Below are positions 11,201 to 20,811 of a stretch of DNA of 64,000 nt, piece after piece. A model generated the notes under the pieces. It was not told where the DNA came from. It ran no database searches and saw only the letters and a list, made by a program, of their open reading frames with translations. The stretch's first letter is position 1. Every line of letters starts with the position of its first letter. The stretch comes from a virus: positions 32,001 to 96,000 of IMG/VR virus record IMGVR_UViG_3300036985_006248. The stretch is one strand, 5' to 3'. The translations under genes were made by a program, and so were the position numbers.

Positions 11201-11471
11201 AGTCTTCGATCATGGTCTTTTTATAGACACGGCAAGCGTCAACGACTAGTTTAGTATTAGCCACAGCAGAAGTAATAGCTGGGTCGCCATAATAATTTTC
11301 CATTGTAGCTATAGGTTCTAGTAAGCTGGCGTATTCATTAAGCAATTTTTGCATTTCATCTATGTTATTAACACCATAATATAGGTTTTGGACTAACTTA
11401 CGAGTGTACCATATAAGCATCGCATTGCCTGCTAATGATAAAAGTAATAAAAATGTTAATAGTATAGTCAT
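11088..11471 (-). CDS. Membrane-anchored hypothetical protein
   Basis: N-terminal hydrophobic helix. Confidence 0.55.
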   Translation of the reverse strand: MTILLTFLLLLSLAGNAMLIWYTRKLVQNLYYGVNNIDEMQKLLNEYASLLEPIATMENYYGDPAITSAVANTKLVVDACRVYKKTMIEDYDEENQENKEEGTNEDATKDTTRQSSATIGPVSPNVS

Positions 11472-11472
11472 A

Positions 11473-11727
11473 TTATAGTTTCTTATTTGATAATTCTTGT
11501 TTATTATCCAAAAGCAGCTTACGATTGTCTTCTATGGCTTCTTTAACACGCAGCCCAGCCGCCGTTTCTTCACGGGTACGCTCTGGCAAAGAAGTTAAAA
11601 GGGTTGGTATCTTGTTAATATGACCGACCTCGTGGCATTCCATACACTCAGTCAATACATCGTTCATACCATGCTGTGTTTTAAATGTATTTTCACACTT
11701 GTCACACTTGTATATATACGTTGGCAT
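11473..11727 (-). CDS. FmdB-family zinc-ribbon protein
   Basis: MPTYIYKCDKC...CMEC. Confidence 0.8.
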   Translation of the reverse strand: MPTYIYKCDKCENTFKTQHGMNDVLTECMECHEVGHINKIPTLLTSLPERTREETAAGLRVKEAIEDNRKLLLDNKQELSNKKL

Positions 11728-11728
11728 T

Positions 11729-11911
11729 TTACTTTACCAAAGGCGGTGGTGCTGTCATACTCATACTGGATGGGGGATTATTTACCACTAGTTCCTCCCC
11801 TTCTAACACCATTTCAAATCCCTTGAGCAATGGAACAATGTCTGTCTGTTCCATTAACGACTTTTGTAGTGCTACCATTACACAGCTTAATGCTTGATCA
11901 GATAGTTTCAT
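11729..11911 (-). CDS. Hypothetical protein
   Basis: Short ORF tightly packed in the operon. Confidence 0.55.
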   Translation of the reverse strand: MKLSDQALSCVMVALQKSLMEQTDIVPLLKGFEMVLEGEELVVNNPPSSMSMTAPPPLVK

Positions 11912-11920
11912 AAATTATCC

Positions 11921-12508
11921 TTATGTAAATTTAATTGCTGCGTGTTCAATATTTTCACTTTTTAAGTGCTGCCAACTATTTGGAGGAAGTAGTGAAGGAT
12001 TAACATACCAATCTTCAAAGGTTAAGCCACTCCATTTTACGTTTGATATAACTCTTTCATAACCCAACTCAGTCAATAAATTAAAAGCTTTTAATTTATA
12101 TTCATCACCGGCATAATAACAGTCATGCTCGAAGGTTATAACAGAGAACGTGTATTCTTTTAAGGGTATTTTTGTTAAACAAAAATATGTTTGGCTTGGC
12201 GGTTCTATATCTAAAGAGAGATAGTCTATTTGCTTGGGGAAATTATTTTCCTTTAAGTGTCGCTCAAAATCAAAGGTGGTGGCATCGTGGCGAAAGCACT
12301 TATTTTTTCTAACAGAATTAAATAAGTTTACCATATCTGGTAAAAATTCTACAGATATGCCGGTCCAATCATATTCACTTTCCAATAAAAATGTGTTATT
12401 GGTGTTTATTGGATGGTTGCTCCCCACCTCTAAATACCACCCATTTCTTTTTTGTTGAGTTACCGTTGAAACAAATATGTCTTGGTGAGCTTGAGAACAT
12501 GTTTTCAT
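11921..12508 (-). CDS. FkbM/Methyltransf_21-like SAM methyltransferase
   Basis: SQAHQD, YLEVGS...NNT, IDYLSLDIE, FEHD and EDWY motifs. Confidence 0.8.
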   Translation of the reverse strand: MKTCSQAHQDIFVSTVTQQKRNGWYLEVGSNHPINTNNTFLLESEYDWTGISVEFLPDMVNLFNSVRKNKCFRHDATTFDFERHLKENNFPKQIDYLSLDIEPPSQTYFCLTKIPLKEYTFSVITFEHDCYYAGDEYKLKAFNLLTELGYERVISNVKWSGLTFEDWYVNPSLLPPNSWQHLKSENIEHAAIKFT

Positions 12509-13413
12509 TAATTTATTTTCTCCATAATGGTTTCATAGTCGCGAATAAGATTTTCATTTGACCACAATTCTTTAAGCTTATTAACTCCAAATGGGCTTTT
12601 TTGTAATAATTCCTTTATTGAATACTTTTCTAAATCGAAATAATCAAAGTATGGCTCAACGTGCTTAAACATATAAGATCTACTCAACCCAACTGGCTTT
12701 CCTAAGCCGACAACATAATCAAGTACTGATGCAGGACCACGACCATTTAGCCTCTCATAAGCAAAGATATTTATGTCGTTTGTTCCAAGGAAGGCAAGTA
12801 GCTGCTCGTCGCTAAGAAAGGTATCATTTATCTTTAATTCTATCCCGAGCTTAGTTATCTGTTGCTTACACTTTTCAACTATATATTGTAGAAAGTGTTT
12901 ATTATTCCAATAGTGGCTAAATGTAATATGTAGCCTAATTTCAGCTTCATCAAATTGATTATTTACTAACCTGCATATTTCATCAAATCCCTTATGTTCA
13001 AACCCGAAACCAAAACTTCCAATTGTTATTTTATTAGTTGTTCTAATTTGCTCTATTTGGGTAGTATTTAAAATTGGTCTAACCACTTTAAAAAAGGTAT
13101 TAGTTTCCTGTGCCAGAGGATCTACTGTTATAATGTTTTTGATTTCCCCCGCCCATCCTTCGTGAAATATTGCAACCTTCTTTTGAGACAACTCTTGAGG
13201 TTTTAGCCACCCCATTGTTACTTGATGGTAATTAAACAAACAGATATCGGGTTTTTTATCAGCCACATGAGAGAGTAATTCCTGCTGTGATTCTACTTCA
13301 ACATATTGAAAATCCATTTTTTTTGATTTAACCAATATGTCAGCGGTCCTCTTACCGTACTGATAAACCCCGCAGTTAGTTACTTTATGATTTATAAACA
13401 ATATCTTTTTCAT
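12508..13413 (-). CDS. Putative GT-B glycosyltransferase
   Basis: CGVYQY, IGSFGFGFEHKGF and SVLD motifs; glycosylation-cluster context. Confidence 0.6.
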   Translation of the reverse strand: MKKILFINHKVTNCGVYQYGKRTADILVKSKKMDFQYVEVESQQELLSHVADKKPDICLFNYHQVTMGWLKPQELSQKKVAIFHEGWAGEIKNIITVDPLAQETNTFFKVVRPILNTTQIEQIRTTNKITIGSFGFGFEHKGFDEICRLVNNQFDEAEIRLHITFSHYWNNKHFLQYIVEKCKQQITKLGIELKINDTFLSDEQLLAFLGTNDINIFAYERLNGRGPASVLDYVVGLGKPVGLSRSYMFKHVEPYFDYFDLEKYSIKELLQKSPFGVNKLKELWSNENLIRDYETIMEKIN

Positions 13414-13417
13414 ATAT

Positions 13418-14650
13418 TTATTTAGAAATAACTTCGAAGTTAGGACAAGGAACTATAAATTTGCCACCATCATTAAGGAAACTTTTCTCACGCTTAACGA
13501 ATTCATCGATAAAGTGCCAAGGTAATACTAAAAGATAATCTGGATTCATTTCTCTCATTTGCTGCTCAGAAACAATTGGTATATTAGAACCAACCGTTTT
13601 CAAACCAAATTTATAGGGACTTCGCTCCGCTATACAATCCATCATTGTATTATCTATGCCAAAATACTGTAGCAGAGTATTTCCCTTGGTAGAAGCACCA
13701 TATCCTGCAATGACTTTGCCCTTGCTTTTTTCTTGCATAAGGAAGTCACATGTTTGTTTTTTAAGAGCTAAGATTTTATCAAAAAAATTCAACCAAGTTT
13801 CTGGATGGTCTAGTTTAAGAGTTTCTTCATAAGCTAATAAAGACTTGACATTGAAATCGAAAATATCGCGATTTTGTTGTGTGGAGAAACTCTTTATATC
13901 AGCAGTATCTTTAATGGCTGTTACTCTGAAACTGCCGCCATTAGCGTCATTCAAAGTACAGTCTAATATCTTAAGACCGTTTCTTTCAAACAACTTTTTA
14001 ATATTAAATAATGAATAGTAATATAGATGTTCGTGGCAGATATTGTCAAAAGCCAATTGTTTGAGCATCAAAGGTGTGTACGACATTTGCACTACCCATA
14101 CGCCATTGTCATCTAAAATTTGATAGATGTCTTTAATAAAGCCGTCTGGATTCTCAATATCATAAAACATTGCAATAGTCGTTATGACTTTAGCTTTTTG
14201 ATTACCGCATGCCTTTTCATAAACCTGCTTTGAAAAGTAATCTTGAATTACGGTGTGAGCGTGCTCGCTAGATTCATGTAAAAAGGAGTTATCGGCGGGG
14301 TCAATTCCAATTCTTTTTAGTCTATTGTCTACGAAAGATAAAAGTGTTCCGTCGTTACAAGCGATATCTAACCAAATATCGTTTGGATTTAGCTTTACCA
14401 AACTAGACGTCTTCTTTACAACATCAAAAAGATGGTCTTTCATTGTTTGGTTAGTGCCGGAACGATACCAATATTTGCCCCACATCATACTTGATGGAGG
14501 CATTTTTTCAAGGCGCACGGCACCAGTATCAAGTTCAAGCATCATCTTTAACTCATGCTTTTCTCGATCAGCATAGTCTTTTTCGTCTTTGATAAAGTCA
14601 GAAACGTACAATTCACCGAGAGTGAAAAGTTCTTTTAAGTTATTGCTCAT
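13418..14650 (-). CDS. NDP-hexose C-methyltransferase (TylCIII/NovU-like)
   Basis: YWYRSG, DIACNDGTLL, FDNICHEH, GGSFR, GYGASTKGNTLL and LVLPWHF motifs. Confidence 0.9.
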   Translation of the reverse strand: MSNNLKELFTLGELYVSDFIKDEKDYADREKHELKMMLELDTGAVRLEKMPPSSMMWGKYWYRSGTNQTMKDHLFDVVKKTSSLVKLNPNDIWLDIACNDGTLLSFVDNRLKRIGIDPADNSFLHESSEHAHTVIQDYFSKQVYEKACGNQKAKVITTIAMFYDIENPDGFIKDIYQILDDNGVWVVQMSYTPLMLKQLAFDNICHEHLYYYSLFNIKKLFERNGLKILDCTLNDANGGSFRVTAIKDTADIKSFSTQQNRDIFDFNVKSLLAYEETLKLDHPETWLNFFDKILALKKQTCDFLMQEKSKGKVIAGYGASTKGNTLLQYFGIDNTMMDCIAERSPYKFGLKTVGSNIPIVSEQQMREMNPDYLLVLPWHFIDEFVKREKSFLNDGGKFIVPCPNFEVISK

Positions 14651-14658
14651 AGTGAATC

Positions 14659-15382
14659 CTAGGGGTCATGGACCGGAAAGACAGCTTGGTTAATGAAGAT
14701 CTTATTATATCCCATTTCTCGCAGATCTTCACACAAAACAGCGGTGTCACAATCGTATTTCTGGAATCTCTTATTATAAGCGTTGAACTTCAGTCCCTTT
14801 TGAAATGGCTCCATATTGTATAAGCAAACTCCGTTGGCTGTTGTCCAGAATTCTCTTATCGGATTGGTCTTAAAGTCTGGGAAAGCATCGCCCCATTGGT
14901 CTTGATTATCTCTACGCATTCCCCATTTATCATAGGCTACGTTACCCATAATCAATAAACCTGAATAAGCGTCAGGTTTAAAATCCAAATCGGAGCGGGT
15001 AATAATTCTCCTAATCATTTCAGGCGTATAAACAATGTCAGGCTCGATAATTAGGAGCCAATCATACTCGTTTAAATTGACACCCTCAAAAGTCTTATTG
15101 CGAGCGTTGGCATAATTAATCACTCTCTGATCGTGAATAATTGATCCATAATACTGAGTTTGAATGTCTTCGGATTTGATGTAAGACTTGACGAAATGGC
15201 TATAATCGGCGTTTTTCAATATCTGCTTCGAATCGTCGGTGGAATCATTCTCATAAATTGAAATAGAGAATTCAAAAGAATCAGACAACGCAGTTACAAA
15301 CTCTTTTATTTGTTTGAAATAATTCTCTAGTTTTAAACCCCTGTTTCTAACTATCGTACTTATTAAAACTTTCTCTTTCATA
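14659..15382 (-). CDS. GT-A fold glycosyltransferase
   Basis: ENDSTD, ARN and EPD (DxD-like) motifs. Likely start MKEKVLIST at 15382. Confidence 0.7.
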
Positions 15383-15388
15383 ATTTTC

Positions 15389-16558
15389 CTATTCGAAGTA
15401 TTTGACCAACTTATCAAAGATGCTCTTATCATTTAAGTATTTTTGTGTGAAAAGTTTATTTCTCTCACCCATTTCAATTAATTTTAGAGGAGACTCCTTC
15501 CACATATTGTAGGCTGAACGCAAATGGCGTCGTAAATCATATATATCGGTTTCGATAAAGTTCATGTCAACGGAAGAGTAGAAAGGAAAAGACATGTTTT
15601 CCACTGGCTTATATGACGTCTTAACCATAAAAGAAGACTGCTTGTCCAATAAGTCCGCATGACCTCCTGTGTCGGGGGCAATACATGGTATACCGTATAA
15701 AGCCGCATCAGCCATGGTTAGCCCAAAACCCTCACCTCTAGTGGCTAAACAGAATACGTCAGCTCGTTTGTAACACTCTAATAATTCTTCTTCAGAAACT
15801 ATCCCAGTTAAAATCTCTAATTTACATTTTGGGGATTGGTTATAATGTCCAACACTATTTTTATAGCTAACTGCCTCAGACACAATTAAATTTCTTTGTT
15901 CCACTTCATCCGAACCCGCTTGTGCTTCTGCTCTGTATGTTTTAATGAATAACTTGACGTCTTCTTGATTAAAAAACTCTTGATAAAAAGCCTTAATCAA
16001 TATATCAAAACCTTTACGATATTGCCACTGAGACATTGAAAATATCGTAAAGATTGAATTGATATTTTTCTTTATATTTTGATTATATTTTGGAACTGGT
16101 ATTACTACACTAGGAGACATGCTGTCTTTATCGTAAGTTTTTTTGTTCCAATTACATGCAAGAATTAATTGGTCGTATACTCCAGAAGAAAAGATTTCTC
16201 TCCATTCAGCAGGAAGCCTGTCTGATTCCCAGTATGATAAATTGATTCTCTTCTTAGCATTATTATAGAGGGGGGCTATGGAAGCATGACGATAAAAGGA
16301 TGGGATTAAATGCAATAATATAATATAATCTTTATCTTCTATAAATGCATTTAGTTTTTCGTCATCAATGAGATATTTGCTTAATAACTCATTTTCTTCT
16401 TTAGAAGCATAATTTTGTTTTTCATAAGATATCCAAGCGGCTTTTAAATCATATTTTGAATGATCTAAATATTTGTCCAGCGTACTTAGATACTTTCTAG
16501 CGGCATTACCATATCCGCTAGCATCAGTAAACAAACCCGCATAAAGAATCTTTTTCAT
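15389..16558 (-). CDS. GT4 glycosyltransferase
   Basis: SGYG, RKGFD and RGEGFGLTMADA motifs. Confidence 0.9.
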   Translation of the reverse strand: MKKILYAGLFTDASGYGNAARKYLSTLDKYLDHSKYDLKAAWISYEKQNYASKEENELLSKYLIDDEKLNAFIEDKDYIILLHLIPSFYRHASIAPLYNNAKKRINLSYWESDRLPAEWREIFSSGVYDQLILACNWNKKTYDKDSMSPSVVIPVPKYNQNIKKNINSIFTIFSMSQWQYRKGFDILIKAFYQEFFNQEDVKLFIKTYRAEAQAGSDEVEQRNLIVSEAVSYKNSVGHYNQSPKCKLEILTGIVSEEELLECYKRADVFCLATRGEGFGLTMADAALYGIPCIAPDTGGHADLLDKQSSFMVKTSYKPVENMSFPFYSSVDMNFIETDIYDLRRHLRSAYNMWKESPLKLIEMGERNKLFTQKYLNDKSIFDKLVKYFE

Positions 16559-16559
16559 A

Positions 16560-17759
16560 TTAGATTATAATCAGATTTCCGTGTCCGTTTTTTAATAAAT
16601 CAGCAGCTTCTATAAAAGAGGTTAATAGACTTTGTTCATTCATCATTTTCTTAACATGCGGAGCTAACTTCTTTGCTTGTGACTTAAAACGCCCATAATC
16701 CTTATATACTTCACGAAGCTTTTCCTTGTAGCTGTTCATTAACGGATAAGCCCAACTGGTGCCTTCTTCTAATACACCCTTCCAAACATGTTCTTTGGCG
16801 ATAGGTTTTAATTCATAGTCAATCTTGCCAAACATACGCTTGCCATCCATATAGAGGAAATCAACGTGTCCGCTCCAATCGGTGGCAACAACAGGCAATT
16901 CATTTGCAGCAGCTTCCATTAACGGGAGCCCATAACCCTCTCCATGTGTCGTAGAAACGATTGCTTTAATCTTTGGGTGAACGTATAGGGATTCTATTTC
17001 CCCTTCGCTCATATGCCCGTGCAGAAGGGTTACACTGCATTTTCTATTAGGGAAGTTACTCAATAAACCCTCTAGACGCTTTTTAGTGAAGGTTCTATCC
17101 ATAATAGAATCGTTTGCAGTATTAATTTTTAATAAAAGCCCAACTTCTTCACTACGGAATTCTTCTAAAAACCCAATAATTGTTTGGTCTAGATTCTTTC
17201 TCGGACCCCATTGGCATATAGCTAGAAAGTTAAAATCGTGTTTTAGCGATAACTCTAAAGACTTTTTTTCAACATTCTTGTATGGTAAATGTACTACCTC
17301 AACAGGTACCGTCACCTTGAACTGCTTTCCTTCATTATTTCCAAAAACTGTATTCACAAAACTATTTTTTGCATGTTCACTGATAACAATAATTTTATCC
17401 ATTTGTTGGCTAGGCTCAAGCCACGCTGGGCTGATAAAATTTGTTTCTATGCCCGCCGTATAGCCAATATTTATTGGTGCCATCTTCTTCCATTCGTTTG
17501 GAATAGATATTTGTATTGCTACATCAAATTGTGGATTATTACCAGAACTTTGAGCATATGTTTGTGTCTTCGCGGCTAGATTATCGATAAGAGTACGTTC
17601 TTCATTAACTTCAAATAGGTTACCGGTGTTACCCCAAGCAGTTGGCAAAAGATACAAGTCTATGTCTTGTTTATCTTTTAATGAGCGTAATGCAAAACGT
17701 GCCATTTCTCCATACCCGCTGCGGCTTAATAATGGACCACTGATCAAGATTTTTTTCAT
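16560..17759 (-). CDS. GT4 glycosyltransferase
   Basis: SRSGYG, RKN and HGEGYGLPLMEA motifs. Confidence 0.9.
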   Translation of the reverse strand: MKKILISGPLLSRSGYGEMARFALRSLKDKQDIDLYLLPTAWGNTGNLFEVNEERTLIDNLAAKTQTYAQSSGNNPQFDVAIQISIPNEWKKMAPINIGYTAGIETNFISPAWLEPSQQMDKIIVISEHAKNSFVNTVFGNNEGKQFKVTVPVEVVHLPYKNVEKKSLELSLKHDFNFLAICQWGPRKNLDQTIIGFLEEFRSEEVGLLLKINTANDSIMDRTFTKKRLEGLLSNFPNRKCSVTLLHGHMSEGEIESLYVHPKIKAIVSTTHGEGYGLPLMEAAANELPVVATDWSGHVDFLYMDGKRMFGKIDYELKPIAKEHVWKGVLEEGTSWAYPLMNSYKEKLREVYKDYGRFKSQAKKLAPHVKKMMNEQSLLTSFIEAADLLKNGHGNLIII

Positions 17760-17760
17760 T

Positions 17761-19252
17761 TTAGTATTCCTTTACTTCCCAATTCTTATATTTTTTTCGT
17801 GTCTCCCAAGAGCCGTACTTCTCATGGAATTCAGTAAAGATTGTAACCCAAGACTTCTGGAATTGTTCAAAGCCAAAGTTCTTTTGAACATTGTCATATC
17901 CTTTACGACCAACAGCCTTACGTTCTGTTCTTGTCATATTATGTATCTTTTCAAGAGCAGCTATGAAATCTTCCTTTGAAATACGGTCTTCATAGATATA
18001 TGGTACTTCTTGTGAACCAATTATTGCTCGGCTAGCAGGCTCAATTAAGACACCATATGTATCAACCCCATCGGTTAGTTGGTCTTGCATACCGCCTGTC
18101 TTTGTGGCAATAACTGGCGTTCCGCAAGCTAGGCTCTCCAATACCGAGAGTCCGAAGCCTTCTGCATCGCTGATATTTATCGTGCAGTCAGCGGCGTTAT
18201 AAAATTTAGCCATTTCTGCTGCTGGTACTTTTCCTGCTGAAATAGCAAAGTTTTCTTTAGTTAAACCAAGTTCTTCCGCGATGGCAATTAGATCTTGACC
18301 ATTTTGATCTTTTGGGTCAGTATGCATTAGGAGAAGCGCCTTGTCATGTCCTACCTTGTCCAAGAATTCTTTATACCACCACATGACAGTTCCGCTCATC
18401 TTACGGCGTGCATTACGGTTTGTCCAAAAAAACATTGTTTTATCTTTTGGTTGTAAGTGCGTGAACTGACTTTCATCAAGAATCTTAAATAAGTCTGGGC
18501 TGACCGCGTGTGGAACATACTGTTCTTCGACTTCTGGGGCTACAGTTTGCACAATGTCGCTTGTAAGCTTTGAAATAGAACATATCTTATCATTTGAAAG
18601 ATAGAATTGACGATTGAACTTTGGATAAGGATAGTTATCCCATACGTGATAATATAGAATAGGAACATTAGGACGAATCTCTTGCTCCATCTGCCATAGC
18701 CAAGTATAAAAACGAGGATCTGTCATCATCCAGATGATATCGGGCTTCTCTTTCACCAATAGATTTCTGATTAGCTCCGGTGTACCATACCCATCAACTG
18801 GAATGATAATAAAGTCGTCACCATACTCTTGGAATTTAATTGGTCTGTAGTCTTGATGCTTAATAGCACCACCCAAAGAAATTATTTTAAAATTACCAGT
18901 TTTCATCAGGGCTTGAAAGATGTAGTTACACTGAGTACCTACGCCGCTCGGTGATACTTTGATGGACTATATCATCACTTTAAAAGTGTTGGGCGCTGTC
19001 GGATCATTGCCATACAATATTATTGTTTAGGCTAACCGTAGTCTCTGAACCTTCGCCATCTTTTCAGAACAGGCGCTAGGCTGCTGATTGTTCTTAACTA
19101 CTCTTTTTTAACATTCGCGTTTGTCGTTTCCAACTGCGCTGTAGTGAGTAGTTTTACAGAAGTTTCCAGCAATTCACCCAATTTTATATCCGCTATTACC
19201 GAGTGGTTAACGGATGGTCACCTAGAGTTAATATTTTTATCTTTTTCTTCAT
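17761..19252 (-). CDS. GT4 glycosyltransferase, spliced: exon 1 19210-19252, exon 2 17761-18956
   Basis: Removing the intron gives in-frame MKKKIKILTLGDHPLSPSGVGTQCNYIFQALMKTG..., continuing to RNARRK and EGFGLSVLES. Confidence 0.9.
18957..19209 (-). mobile_element. Group I intron (253 nt, no ORF)
   Basis: Core elements P GAAUUGCUGGAAA, Q AAUCAGCAG, R GUUCAGAGACUA and S GAUAUAGUCC. The 5' exon ends in U and pairs with IGS GCGGAU (U.G). The intron ends in G. P10 pairing CUCGGUAAUA/UAUCACCGAG. Confidence 0.93.
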
Positions 19253-19460
19253 TTAACAGCTCCTTTAGTATCGCTTCTTTGTCTTGATTATAGTCGAATT
19301 CCCAAACTATTTTAATATGAAAATTCTGTGTTCTTAAAAAGTCTATTCTTTGCTTGTCTTGTTCCCAAACCTGTTTAGCTAATAATTTCTTCTTTTTATT
19401 GAGCGAATCTTCTTTATAAAATCTGGGATCTGCATGCCAATATGTACCATTAATCAGCGG
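19218..19460 (-). pseudogene. C-terminal remnant of a Vsr-like/DUF559-type homing endonuclease
   Basis: Startless frame INGTYWHADPRFY...VWEQDKQR...IVWEFD, overlapping GT4 exon 1. Confidence 0.7.
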
Positions 19461-19478
19461 TTAGCGGGTGAAGACCCT

Positions 19479-20468
19479 CTATCTGACATTTAAAGTTTCC
19501 TTTTGTAAATCCGAGTTATACATTATGGTTGCTAATTCTTTGGCGTCTATCTTTGCTTCCCAGCCTAAGATTCGCTTTGCCTTAGAAGCATCAGCTAATA
19601 GTAATGGCACGTCACTGGGGCGTTTAAAGCTGTCATCAATGACAACGTGCTGGAATAGATCAAACCCGGCTGCTTCAGAAACAAATGTAATAAAATCTCT
19701 TATTGTATTTGTCTTACCAGTTCCTAAAACATAATCATCGGGTATTCTATGTTGCATCATCATCCACATTCCTTCGACGTATTCTTTCGCATATCCCCAA
19801 TCCCGGCATGCATCTAGGTTTCCAAGACGCAATTCTTTTTCAAGTCCTAACTTAATTCTTGCAGCAGTTTTGGTAATCTTTCTAGTAACAAATTGCTCTC
19901 CTCTTCTCGGAGATTCGTGATTAAAGAGAATACCAGAACATAGAAAGAGATTATAAGCTTTACGATAGTTTATTACCAAGTTGTGTGCAGCTACTTTGGC
20001 GCACCCATAAGGCGAAACAGGAGAGAGAATCGTTTGTTCGTTTTGTGGTGCGTTACCATTATCTCCGAACATTTCACTAGTAGATGCTTGATAAAACTTT
20101 GTTTCTGGAGACAGGTTTCTAATCGCTTCTAAGCAATTCAAAACTCCAGCAGCGTTTATTTCCAGCGTGCTTTCTGGAGTGGTAAAAGAAGCTCCAACGT
20201 GGCTTTGTGCTCCGAGGTTATAGAATTCATCGGGCTTGTGCGTCTTTACAAGTCTCCATATAGAGGATGCATCTGTCAAATCTGCATTTTCTAAAACTAG
20301 ATTTTTGTTGGTTAGTAAGTGTTCAATGTTGAAATACTTCTTATCTTCCATCGAACTTCGTCTTACCATACCTATAACTTTATAGCCTTTTTCTAATAGA
20401 AATTCAGCAAGAAAACTTCCATCCTGCCCCGTAATTCCCGATATGATACTATTTTTTTGCTTAACCAT
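19479..20468 (-). CDS. gmd: GDP-mannose 4,6-dehydratase
   Basis: GITGQDG, AQSHV, QASTSEMFG, YxxxK, NHESPRRG and RDWG motifs. Confidence 0.95.
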   Translation of the reverse strand: MVKQKNSIISGITGQDGSFLAEFLLEKGYKVIGMVRRSSMEDKKYFNIEHLLTNKNLVLENADLTDASSIWRLVKTHKPDEFYNLGAQSHVGASFTTPESTLEINAAGVLNCLEAIRNLSPETKFYQASTSEMFGDNGNAPQNEQTILSPVSPYGCAKVAAHNLVINYRKAYNLFLCSGILFNHESPRRGEQFVTRKITKTAARIKLGLEKELRLGNLDACRDWGYAKEYVEGMWMMMQHRIPDDYVLGTGKTNTIRDFITFVSEAAGFDLFQHVVIDDSFKRPSDVPLLLADASKAKRILGWEAKIDAKELATIMYNSDLQKETLNVR

Positions 20469-20725
20469 AAATTTTCTCTTTCTCAGTATTAAAAAAAGCC
20501 ATCCAAGTGTCTCTATTAAAATTTGTTTTTGCCTGTATTTCTTTCACTTAAATTTTGTTTGAATTCTTCAGAACGTTTTCTTCCTTTGTTATTAATACCA
20601 GTATAGGAGGACGAACAAGCCTGATTACAGAATCTTTTTGCAAAATCGCGCTTATTTGTTTGTTTGACAGTAAAATCTTTGTTACAGAATTCACATATTT
20701 TTGTAGAATAAATGGCTTTTCTCAT
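20462..20725 (-). pseudogene. Internally deleted homing endonuclease (Zn-finger/NUMOD3 N-terminus plus HNH-type tail)
   Basis: CEFC..RFCNQAC..KGRKRSEEFK N-terminus joined out of frame to KTNFNRDTWMAFF...; the catalytic core is absent. Confidence 0.6.
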
Positions 20726-20739
20726 TTTATTTTCTTATA

Positions 20740-20811
20740 TTATATCGATAATAAATGTAGTGACCGTCCAGTTTCCTGCCCCGTAATTCCTGATATGACG
20801 GCTGTCTTCAT
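20740..20811 (-). pseudogene. Orphan 5' fragment of gmd (MKTAVISGITGQ...)
   Basis: 20774-20798 matches 20422-20446 at 24/25 nt; ATGA-coupled to the upstream gene. Confidence 0.75.

Noticed and set aside
20447-20773. Self-splicing intron in gmd
   Set aside because: No group I or II core motifs were found, and the downstream copy has its own complete N-terminus.
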